From Podarcis filfolensis (taxonomy: Eukaryota), in NCBI GenBank assembly GCA_964270895.1, contig OZ185444.1: DNA of 64,000 nucleotides. One strand, given 5' to 3'. This document shows positions 15,751-26,482 of this stretch, in pieces. The notes under the pieces are model-generated. The model saw only the letters and a program-made list of their open reading frames with translations, searched no databases and was not told the origin of the DNA. The stretch's first letter is position 1; the number at the start of each line of letters is the position of its first letter. Position numbers and translations under genes: made by a program.

Positions 15751-17465
15751 ATGTAGTAGCTCCACAATTGTTGAATTCACTTCCCATTGAGCTTTGCCAG
15801 CCTCATCCCCATCCTCCACCCCCATCAGCTTTTAGAGGTGGTTGAAAAGCATTTCGGGATTGATTTTAATTTAGATCTATATTTTAATTATTTGCTGCAT
15901 TTTAACTGATATTTATTTTATTGTAATTTGATTGTTGTTTTCTTCTTTTATTTGTAAAACTTCCTTGGGAGAACTTATTCTTAAAGGCAGGATACTTAAA
16001 CTAAGGACCTTTGCAGTAGAACCTCTGGCATGCTGCTCTCAACCAGCGCTACAGCTTGCTTAGATAATGTAACTGCTGGCTTGACTGTCAGCTTCTCCCA
16101 TTGTAACATTTCACTGCAGGTGGCTTGAAGGTGGTATATCAACTCACCAGCACAGCAGAGGGCTGATGACACAAGGCACTATTTGATTTCCACTAATTTT
16201 TACCAATCTTCTGACTCTGGCTCCTCCATCCGAGTAACTCATTGCTCAGGTATAGGCTGAACAGTTCTCACACTACTTGTGTTGGATTTTTCACCCACCT
16301 TCAAGACTGCCTACCAGTTTCCAGGCTCAACTATCTATCAGATCAATACTTGCTTTTCTCAAGACTGCCAGCTCTGACGTAAAGCTTACCCACTGAGAAT
16401 CTAAGAGGAGTGCAGTGGGCATTTGTATCATTGGCCAATTTATGACATGTCTTCAGGGCTTAGGTATGTAAATGCAGCCACAGTTGAGCTCTCCATGGTA
16501 GCTGCTGCTTGCCTGGAAGTTTCTCCACTTGCATCTTATCAGCACCCACCTCTCATACCTCCAGGATTGGGATGAGGTTGAGCAGGTCCAGACCCATCAT
16601 GCACTTCATTCAGTTTTTTATAAGCTCACGTTGCCCCAGTTTTCACATTAATCTTCTTTGCGCTACCTTTGATGTCTCAGCTTCAGACTGCAATGCTGCT
16701 CCAGGCATCCCCCAGCGGCAGGCCCTCCAGGCACTCATTATGCAACTCTTCAACCTGCCTCTTGGCTCTTGCAACTGCCACTAAAGAGATCTGCTATGCT
16801 GACAGGCTTCTTTTCAGCAAGAGAATCATGATGATGATGATGTATTCAATGAGAGTAGACAGAGTACTAATTTTACAATCTAGTTTACAGGCAAATTAAA
16901 GAGTTTAAGCTAAATAAGTACATACAATGAGGATGAAAGCCAGAATGATGCGAAAACCTGGAAGATAAACTCAGAGCAAAAGTAAACATTGAAAAGGCTC
17001 CATCAATATCATTATCATCATTATTAGTCAAATGTACTGCACTTCTAAGTTCCAAAGGGCTTTCCAGGCTTTCCCTTGTTCTCCTTTATTTAAGGAAGGC
17101 AATTGTGTTTTTAATATATAGGAATCATCAGAGAGAGTAGATTCTGGGTTGAATAAAGATTAACCATAGGTATCCAAGGCTCATTTATTTGTGAAGGAAA
17201 TTTTTATATTGCCATCTACCACATGTTCTCAAGGCAGGTTCCAATAACAACTTACTGTGCACTTACTTTTAAAAAATCATTTAAAAATCCCTTTATTTGA
17301 TAAAGACCATTTAATTACTGTTGTTCAGGGGCTCAACAAAAGAAAAATGTCTGCCCCTGATATTGGAACCCATTTGGCATTGGTGTCTATCTGATGTCAA
17401 GGACAAGAGAGTTTCAAAGCTGGATCACTACCATGGGAAGAGACTGTTCTTGGTTCTAGTCAGTA

Positions 17466-17827
17466 AAGGTAAAGGGACCCCTGACCATTAGGTCCAGTTG
17501 TGGCCGACTCTGGGGTTGCAGTGCTCATCTCGCTTTATTGGCCGAGGGAGACGGCGTACAGCTTCTGGGTCATGTGGCCAGCATGACTAAGCCGCTTCTG
17601 GCGAACCAGAGCAGCACACGGAAATGCCATGGGTTAAACGACAGAGCCTAGGACTTGCTGATCAGAAGGTCGGCGGTTCGAATCCCCGCGACAGAATGAG
17701 CTCCTGTTGCTTGGTCCCTGCTCCTACCAACCTAGCAGTTTGAAAGCACGTCAAAATGCAAGTAGATAAATAGGTACCGCTCTGGCGGGAAGGTAAATGG
17801 CGTTTCTGTGTGCTTTCCCCCCCCCCT
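17466..17827 (-). mobile_element. Sauria SINE with inverted 5' half inside a 12-bp TSD
   Basis: 17466-17628 is the reverse complement of the 3' half (ACCTTT tail); 17629-17814 is the 5' half in forward orientation; TTCTAGTCAGTA at 17454-17465 and 17828-17839. Confidence 0.88.
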
Positions 17828-18009
17828 TTCTAGTCAGTAGGTACCTGTTAATGGTGGTTCTATCAACAGGGCCTCCCTTGCAGATATCAACAAATGGGTA
17901 GGCCAATTTTGAGAGATGCACTCTTTCAGGTAGTTGTGTTCCGAGTCATTTGGGGCATTATATATCAAAGCCAACTTCTGGGATTAGCCTCTGTGACATA
18001 TAGGCACCC

Positions 18010-18260
18010 AGTGCATGTGCTTCAAAATTGATTTATTGGGCTGCCATCCTTGTCAGCACCTTTGCATCTGTCTTCCAGTCTCCAAACCAAATTCAAGGGT
18101 AGCTCTCTGTAGAGCACATAGCAGTAATCAAGCCAGGAAGTTACTAGGCCATGGATTATGGTGGCTAGGCTATTCCTGTCCAGCAGCAGCCAGCGCAGGC
18201 AACAGGCACTCTGCACCCCACTAGCTATCTAAGGTTCTGGTAACAAGGTGGAATCAGTGA
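18010..18260 (-). mobile_element. L2 LINE ORF2 fragment
   Basis: Minus-strand LATIIHGLVTSWLDYCYVLY matches the L2 motif HALVTSRLDYCNALY. Confidence 0.7.
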
Positions 18261-19083
18261 GTGCTCCCAACTATGCACTTGATCCTTTAGGGCAGGGTTA
18301 TCCAAACTTTTGTCTCCAGCTGTTTTTGGACACTTGGCTTTTAAAGAAGAGGCAATTTATGAACACAGAATAATCATAAAAATGAGATAGTAAAGGAAAG
18401 CTTGCTTAAGGATTGCTATTAGGATGCCAGTGCAGACAATTAAACACGGCTATTGTTTTGTACCATCTTTTAGTTTTTCTGTTTATCTAGATAATTACCT
18501 TAATGGCACCTGTGGAGTGTGTGCGTGTGCAAGTTTTTAAGCATCTTACTGTTGTTCTGTTCACAAACACATTAGACTTCTGGAGGTGCTTGAAATCCTC
18601 AAAGTATTTTTCCGAACCCTCCCTGTATTCCCACAGGCCATCCAGGGCCCCTTCTTGCAATTTCTTCCTTGAAGGATAGTCTCAGATCTCCACAGTGCCT
18701 GGAGCTCTCATTTTAAAGAATTTGTTTCAAGAGTTTTAGTTTTTAATTCTTCTGCCTTGCCTGAATTCTAAACAAGCAACAAAATGAAGAATTTATTTCC
18801 ATCTCTTTTTAGGGAAAAATGGCCATTCCACCTGGTGTTGTGTGCCCTATTGACATCTAAGGGCAGAGGGTAGGGACCAGGTCAGGTGTTAACTCCATGC
18901 ATGGATTCACAGAGGTGGGAAAAACCAATGCCCAATTTGCCCCAAAGCATTCGTCACAGCATTATTATTATATTTTCTTCTCATTATTATTATCAAATGA
19001 TTACCTATGCTTCACCCTAAGGTTCCAGAGTAAGTTACAACAATTTAAAGTAGAACATTAAAAACAGTGTAAAAATTACAGCT

Positions 19084-20345
19084 GAAGATCCTAAGAACTC
19101 TCTTCTGAAAGTATTAGAAAAAATACAGGAATTTGGGCAAGTAGCAGGTTTTAAATTAAATAAAAATAAGACAAAGCTGCTAGTCAAAAACCTATCACAA
19201 TCAGATAAAAAAGTATTATATCAAATCATAGAAATCGAGATTCATAAAAAAGTTAAATATTTAGGAATCTGCCTTACAAACCAAGAACATTAATATCTTT
19301 AAAGATAACTATGAAAAGATTTGAAATGAAATAAAAAGGAATCTAGAAATATGGGTTAGAATGAATTTATCATTATTAGGAAGAATTTCAGGGATTAAGA
19401 TGAACATATTGCCAAAATTTTTGTTTTTGTTTCAGTCAGTGCCGGTAATAAGTAACACAGCGTGCTTCAAGAAATGGCAAAAGGATATCTCAAAATTTAT
19501 ATGGCAAGGGAAGAAAGCAAGGATAAAATATAAACTACTTACTGACATTAAAGATAGAGGAGGATTTTCCCTTCCAGACTTTAAATTATCCTATGAGGCT
19601 GCTTGTGTTACTTGGATCTGGGATTGGATTAAATTAGAAAATATGGATATGTTAGATCTTGAAGGACATGACAACAGATTTGGATGGCATGCGTACTTGT
19701 GGTATGATAAAGGGAAAGTACGCAAAAGATTCTATAACCACATAATTAGGAGATCACTTTTAAAAGTATGGGAAAGATATAAAGATTTACTAGAACAAAA
19801 GACCCCGTGGTGGCCGTCTCCAACAGAAGCAACCTCAATTAAAAAAATTAATAGGAAATAAAAATGGTTCACATATAGAGATCTCTTAATAGAAATAGAA
19901 GGGAAATTAAAATTGAAAGAATTTGAAGAGTTTTGAGAACATGTAAATGATTGGCTGCAGTATCATCAATTAAATTAAGTATTTAAAGAGGATAAAAAGA
20001 AAGGATTTAGTTGCACTTTATCCAGATTTCAAAGAGAAATCATAGGTGATAATACTAAATTACTGAAGAAGGTGTACAATATATTATTAGAGTGGGAAAC
20101 TAAAGACGAGGAGGTAAAAATTTAGGACATAATATACAAATGGAAGATGGAAAGAAATTATGGAAAGTCAATTTAAAATTTACGGATTGTATAACTTTGA
20201 AACAGAATTATATGAAAATGATGTACCGATGGTATATTGTCCCTGTAAAAATGACAAAAATGTATAGAACAAGCTCCAATAAGTGTTGGGAATAATGATT
20301 GTATTGAATATAAAATTGTAAAACTTAATAAAAACTATTTTTTTA
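19084..20345 (+). mobile_element. L1-clade LINE, 5'-truncated and internally deleted
   Basis: EKIQEFGQVAGFKLNKNKTKLL, then ORF 19361-19861 GRISGIKMNILPKFLFLFQSVP...GGFSLPDFK; A-rich end at ~20325. Confidence 0.88.
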
Positions 20346-20585
20346 AAGAAGAAGATCCTCGGTGTCCCTTTCAACTCTACGATTCTACAACTCTATGTCA
20401 TGATGACGGAAGGATTTAATAGCATCCTGATCAACGCAGAAGAAAATTCCTGTTCCCTGATTATTTATTCTCTTCTATAGAGTCTACAGCATAATTAACA
20501 ACAGACTTAGCCTAGATTTTATGAGGGAAATCAGAAACCTTTTTCTGATTAATAGTATTTAAAAAGTATAAACTTTGCCTTTCAG

Positions 20586-20718
20586 GAGAAGAGGAGGAGG
20601 AAGAGCCTGAGATGCCTGTTGGGCCTCGTCCACGCCCAATGTCCGAATTGCACCTCAAGGAGAAAGCTGTGCCAATGCCAGAAGCCAGTGCTTTTTTCAT
20701 CTTCAGCCCCAGCAACAG
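20586..20718 (+). CDS. CACNA1C: Exon 19 (133 nt; proline-rich II-III loop)
   Basis: ttcag|[45 protein letters not shown]|gtattt. Confidence 0.97.
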
Positions 20719-21079
20719 GTATTTTGAGGTGGCTGTTTAGTTGTTACATTTGCTAACCATGAATAGCAGATCCAAAGTCATACTTCTGTAGTAGTCTGGG
20801 AGAGCATGTGTTTTGTGGTGTCCTTATTCTTTAGGATAAATATTTTCCATGCAAACCCACTGGAAAACTTCATGCTGTAGAGAAATGTCTTTCACTTGCA
20901 TGAGCCTGGAAGACTTTTTATAAGAAGCAAATCATGAGGAATATTTTGGAAATATGTAAAAGAAAAAACAAACTTACTAGTTAATAGGAACTGGACGTGC
21001 TAGTTTTCTACATGGTGGGAATATGTTGCACGGAAAAGCATTTATTATTGTTGTTGTTGTTGTTACCTGCCCTGTACCG

Positions 21080-23350
21080 AAAACCCAACTAAGAGTATTT
21101 TAGAAACATCATTAAAAACGAATGATTTTGGGAAAGTCTCAGGCTTTAAATTAAATAAAGAAAAATCCAAATTAATAGTGAAAAACATGGGTGAAAAGAA
21201 AAGAGAGAATTAGAAATTAAAATCGAATTAAAAATAACAAATAAAGTTAATTACCTGGGCATTTGGATTACGAATAAAAATATAAACTTATACAACGATA
21301 ACTTTGTAAAAAAATTGAGAGAAATAAAAAAAGATTTGGAGATGGGGGGGGGTTGAATCTGTCAGTGTGGGGCAGGATGTCAATACAGTGGTACCTCGGG
21401 TTAAGTACTTAATTCATTCCGGAGGTCTGTACTTAACCTGAAACTGTTCTTAACCTGAAGCACCACTTTCGCTAATGGGGCCTCCTCCTGCTGCCGCGCC
21501 ACTGGAGCACAATTTCTGTTCTCATCCTGAAGCAAAGTTCTTAACCTGAAGCACTATTTCTGGGTTAGTGGAGTCTGTAACCTGAAGTGTATGTAACCTG
21601 AAGTGTATGTAACCCGAGGTACCACTGTAATTAAAATGACCGTGCTGCCAAAGATGTTATTCTTATTCCAAACCTTACCAATAATTAGTGGAATCAAATG
21701 TTTCAAAGATTGGCAAAAAGATCTGGCTAAATTAATCTGGCAAGGTAAAAAACTCAAAATATTAACAGAAATCAGAGACAAAGGAGGTTTTGCGGTCCTA
21801 CATCTTAAATTATATTATGAAGCAACATGCTTTGTTTGGCTCAAAGAATGGATAATATTAAAAAATACCAAAATACTTGACATAGAAGGGTGGGATAACG
21901 TCTTTGGATGGCACAGTTATTTGGGACAGAATAAAGTGAAAAACCACAGAGGGTTCCTTAATCATAAAGTAAGGAAGGCCTTATACAAAGTTTGGGAAAG
22001 ATACAAAATAATTTTAGAACCCCAAAACTCCATGGTGCCTTTCACCAGTGTAGGCAATTGCCATCCACAAGAAGAATATGGGTGATAATTGGCCAGTGTA
22101 TAAAGATTTATTAGAAGAACAAAATAATCAATTAAAAATGAAAAAATATGAATAACTTAAAAAGATTGGAATAACCTGGCTACAATACCATCAGTTAAAC
22201 ACAACTTTTGAAAAAGATAAAAAAAATGAATGGCTTTGAAGGTAAAATATCAGCACAAGAGAAGGGCATACTACAAGATAATAGGAAGACACTATAAAAA
22301 ATGTGTAGGTTACTTTTAGATTGGAATTTTAAAGATGAAGACATAAAAGAAGTAATGATAAAGTGGGCACAAGATCTAGGCCACCACATAGAATTACAAA
22401 AATGGGATGAGTTGTGGAAAAGAAATCTAAAATTTACGGGATTTTATTTAATCAAAGAAAATTTCATGAAAATGCAATTTAGATGGTATTTAACCCCCTC
22501 AAAAATGGCCAAAATAAATATAAGTTACAACAATAAATGTTGGAGATGCAAAGGTCATGAAGGAATTTTTTCCACATGTGGTGGACGTGTCCAGAAATCA
22601 AAAAAATCTGGGACACGGTCTACAAGGAGAAGAAAAAAATATTAAAGTTTACATTCAATAAAAACCCAGAAGCATTCCTACTAGGGATTCTAAGAAATAA
22701 CAGTCCACGTGAAAAGAAGAATATTTCTCTATGCAGTAACAGCAGCTTAGGTCTTAGTGGCAAAGTATTGGAAGAGTGAGCGTATTCCACCAAGAAAGGA
22801 ATGGCAACTAAAATTCTGTGAGTACTTGGAACTCGCAAAAATGACAGAATCAGTAAGAAATAAGTTAGTAGATAATGTGAAAAAAGAGTGGGAATGCTTC
22901 AGAATTATTTGATGAAACCAGGTTCTACCTCTAAGATTTGATTGTGTTTGGAATAATTCCGTACATAGAGATACATTGCTCTCTCATACCAAGATGAGGA
23001 GAAAATATTAAATACTGGGGGGGAATTCAATCAAAATCAACTGTTATGAGGTAGATGGAAGTCCACAACAATTAAAATACGCAAAGAGATTCAGTCCATA
23101 TGGAAAGGTATCATATATGAGAAATGCTACTATAGGACTGAATCTCATTGAATAGTATCGAATGGAAGAAACCTATATTGTTTTTGTCATTGTCTTTGTT
23201 TTGTCTTTGTCTGTTTCTTATTTCTTTTTTTATATGTAGAGATGTAAGGTTATTAAGTGATATTATTTGATTTATGTAGTGGTTATTAATGCATGTGTCT
23301 GTTATCTATGTATTTATTTCTATATTTGAAATAAAAAATAATACAAAAAA
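21080..23350 (+). mobile_element. L1-clade LINE, 5'-truncated, with 3' UTR and poly(A); interrupted by a MITE
   Basis: FGKVSGFKLNKEKSKL, IKMTVLPKMLFLFQTLP, Zn knuckle CWRCKGHEG..HMWWTC; AATAAA at 23330 and A-tail to 23350. Confidence 0.9.
21386..21627. mobile_element. Tigger/pogo-like MITE nested in L1
   Basis: TIRs CAGTGGTACCTCGGGTTA / TAACCCGAGGTACCACTG with TA TSD; removing it restores L1 frame GRMSI-IKMTVLPK. Confidence 0.92.
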
Positions 23351-23370
23351 GATTCTCTCTCTCTTTGCAG

Positions 23371-23500
23371 GTTTCGGGTCCACTGCCACCGCATTGTTAA
23401 TGATAACGTTTTCACCAACTTGATCCTCTTTTTCATCTTACTCAGCAGCATCTCTCTGGCAGCTGAGGACCCTGTCCGACATACCTCCGTTCGGAATCAA
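23371..23500 (+). CDS. CACNA1C: Exon 20 (130 nt; IIIS1)
   Basis: ttgcag|[44 protein letters not shown]|gtatgc. Confidence 0.97.
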
Positions 23501-23890
23501 GTATGCCTCCCACCTTTCCTTGAGCCTTCACAGCTTGTTGAGAATGATGTTCAGCAGCCAGTTGAGGAAAACCTATCCAATCCCCACCCCTGCCTGCCCA
23601 CTAGCTTCATGTTGGTACAGATAAATATAGCTATATCAGTCCATGCTATTGCAGACTGCACCCCAAATTCATTGATAAATCTCTACATTTAGATTGAATT
23701 ACACAGTTGAAGCTATCACATTTTGACTCGCCATGATTTTATGTGGCTTCTGGCATTTGGAGTTTGTTTGGGCAAGATTTATGTGGTGGAAGGGAAGCAA
23801 GGAAATGAATGAATGAACAAATGGCACAGAGATGGCAAGCCGTGCAGGACTTTTGTAGAGCACTATAGCAAATTGTGAAGGCACTAAATA

Positions 23891-24235
23891 CCATACTTTT
23901 CTGTGTATAATACGCTCCCGTGTACAACATGCCCCCTATTTTGGGGGACTCAAAATTAAGAAAATAGGGGGGGGGGATTCCCAAAAGTTGTTGAGCTTTT
24001 TTGGGGGAGGATTGCACAGAAATATACACAGCAACCATCACTGAAAACAGCAGCAATTGCCGCAGAGACAACAAATCAACAACAGCCCTTGCAGCAGACA
24101 CCAATGACAATCTCCAACTCGCGGCAGCAAGCTATCCCACGGCCCCACAATGCACTACCCATGTATAAGACGACCCCTAATTTTGAACATGATTTTGGAA
24201 TAAAAAAACATAGTTTTATACACGGAAAAGTACGG
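23891..24235. mobile_element. Tc2/pogo-like MITE
   Basis: TIRs CCATACTTTTCTGTGTATAA / TTATACACGGAAAAGTACGG, TA-flanked. Confidence 0.8.
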
Positions 24236-24300
24236 TACCCATATTCTGGTTACTAGAAGCTGTGCTACTTAATTCAGATACTTCAGTATATACTTACTAC

Positions 24301-24374
24301 CAGGCACGCTAAGTTGGGCCCAACGCTGGGGGGAGGGCTGAAGCCCCTTCCTCCCCCTATAGCTGGCACCCCTG
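24301..24374. mobile_element. 74-bp hAT-type miniature insertion
   Basis: CAGG...CCTG ends with exact 8-bp flanking duplication CTTACTAC (24293-24300, 24375-24382). Confidence 0.7.
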
Positions 24375-24899
24375 CTTACTACATATTTCTTTAAGGGTGC
24401 ATCCAAATTAACACTCATAACCTGCTTATAGCAATTCCTGGTTAATCTGCCATTTACGAGTTTTCAGGCTGAAAAACTTTTCTGTGACTGGTCTGTATAT
24501 ATTTTTCCCCTGCCCCTTCTTCATTTTTGTTTTTGTTTTTAAATAAATGGTGAATTTGTGCCATCTCCATGTCACCTATTGATCCAGTCACCTTGTTAAT
24601 ATCTATTTTTTTGTAAACAGAGTAAATGCAAGAGGAAAAAGTACAAATGAATGGAATAATCTTAAACAATTTTGTTAATGTCCTCATAAATCCGTAACTA
24701 CATTACAGATTTCTTTTGGTTTTATACTGCCATGTTTCCCCCCCCCCAAAAAAAAATTAATAATTCTGGAAACTGTTGTTGACTGATGGTTCTGAGGATC
24801 TTAGTAGAGACTATTACATCATTTTAAGTTTGTGATGTAGATATCCCCAAAGCATTTCTAGGTCATGAGACCTAGTAATTTGTTTGTAGGGTGTGGGGA

Positions 24900-25357
24900 G
24901 GGACAAAGAAACCTCAAGGAGGTTAGACTGGCCTCGACCAGGGCCAGAGCCTTTTCAGCCCTGGCCCCAGTCTGGTGGAACGCTCTGTCACAAGAGACCA
25001 GGGCCCTGCGGGATTTGACATTTTTCTGCAGGGCCTGCAAGACGGAGCTATTCTGCTGGGCCTTTGGTCTGGGACCAGTCTGACCCTCTTCTTTCTATGG
25101 GACCCTGTATGTAAGTGGCCTCCTTGGCTCTTTCAATTGGCCCATATGGGACCAGCCCAGGTGCCTGGGCCTGGTGAACATTTAATTCCTTACTCCTATG
25201 GTTACAATTTGCGGGTTTCCACTTAATTTTATTTTGATTTTAAATGTGATTTTGAATTGTATTTTAAATCTAATCATTTGATTTTGTGTTTTTAATGCAC
25301 TATATATCTGGAGGTAGCCACCCTGAGCCCGGTCTTGGCCGGGGAGGGCGGGTTATA

Positions 25358-25396
<39 letters not shown>
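24900..25396 (+). mobile_element. L2 LINE 3' end with (AAT)n tail
   Basis: ARARAFSALAPVWWNAL...CRACKTELF; tail gggagggcgggttataaat followed by (AAT)n at 25358-25396. Confidence 0.85.
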
Positions 25397-25397
<1 letters not shown>

Positions 25398-26146
25398 CTC
25401 AAGTTACAAAGTTAAATGCTGGACACAAAAATTTATAATGGGCTTGCTGGTAGGCAGAATGCCCACTGCTCTGACTATATTTTCTTTTTGCTGTTTGACT
25501 CGGGGGATATGTATATCAAACCTTGATGTATATTGCAAATAAGGAAAAGGGACATTAGGATAGGGAAGTACCTTCAAAAACATATTCCAAGATATTGCTT
25601 TTATCTTCATTGGAGTGTTCTTTCTGAGTTATGCAGGACCTTACTTAAGGTCCAAAAAAGAAAAATAATATTGAGTTTACACTATTTACAGTGGGGAGTC
25701 AGACATGAGATTCAAAAAAGCCCGCTTTGAGTTCAGTCTGCAAAAGAAATGTAATCAATATGATTCAGGAAGTATACGGTGTGTTAATGTTTCTCTAACT
25801 GGGCTTTGGGAGGCATAACATGAAGATAGGTTTTTTTGCATTTGATATATCATATGCTACATTATTAGGGAATTTTGAATAAAATGGTAAAAGCCTAAGA
25901 AATGTTATTTAGTGGCCTAATATTAGTGCTCAGAAACTGGAGATACAATCATGAACATAGCTTAATAAATGTAAGCATTTAAAACATCAATTCTATTCCC
26001 ACTTGCTTGGGAGTAAACCTAACTCAGTGGGACATCTGAATAAATATGCATAAGAACAGGCTGCAAGATTTTCCTCACCATTAAGCATAGTGCTCTCCAC
26101 TGAAGCAAACTTAAAAACTATCTTTTAAAAGTAGAATAGCACAATA

Positions 26147-26482
26147 CAGTGGTGCCCCGCAAGACAAATGCCTCGCAAGACGGAAAACTCGCTAGACGAA
26201 AGAGTTTTCCGTTTTGGAGGTGCTTCGCAAAACGAATTTCCTATGGGCTTGCTTTGCAAGACGAAAATGTCTTGCGAGTTCCTGCGGGGGTTTTTTCCTC
26301 CCCCCCCCTTTTTCTAAGCCGCTAAGCCGCTTATCCGCTTATCTGCTAAGCCGATAAGCCGCTAAAAGCCGCTAATAGCGCTAATCCGCTAATCCGTCAA
26401 TGGGCTTGCTTCGCAAGACGAAAAAACCGCTAGACGAAGAGACTCGCAGAACGGATTCTTTTCGTCTTGCGAGGCACCACTG
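26147..26482. mobile_element. Tigger/pogo-like MITE
   Basis: TIRs CAGTGGTGCCCCGCAAGAC / GTCTTGCGAGGCACCACTG, TA TSD; internal GCTAAGCC repeats. Confidence 0.88.

Noticed and set aside
16500-16830. GC-balanced stretch with ORFs on both strands
   Set aside because: No recognisable protein motif or splice-site pair; cannot support a call without a search.
19084-20359. GAAGATCCT at 19084-19092 and 20351-20359 as a TSD of the first L1
   Set aside because: The left copy fits L1 coding (EDP) and the right copy fits a CR1 tail, so it may be coincidence.
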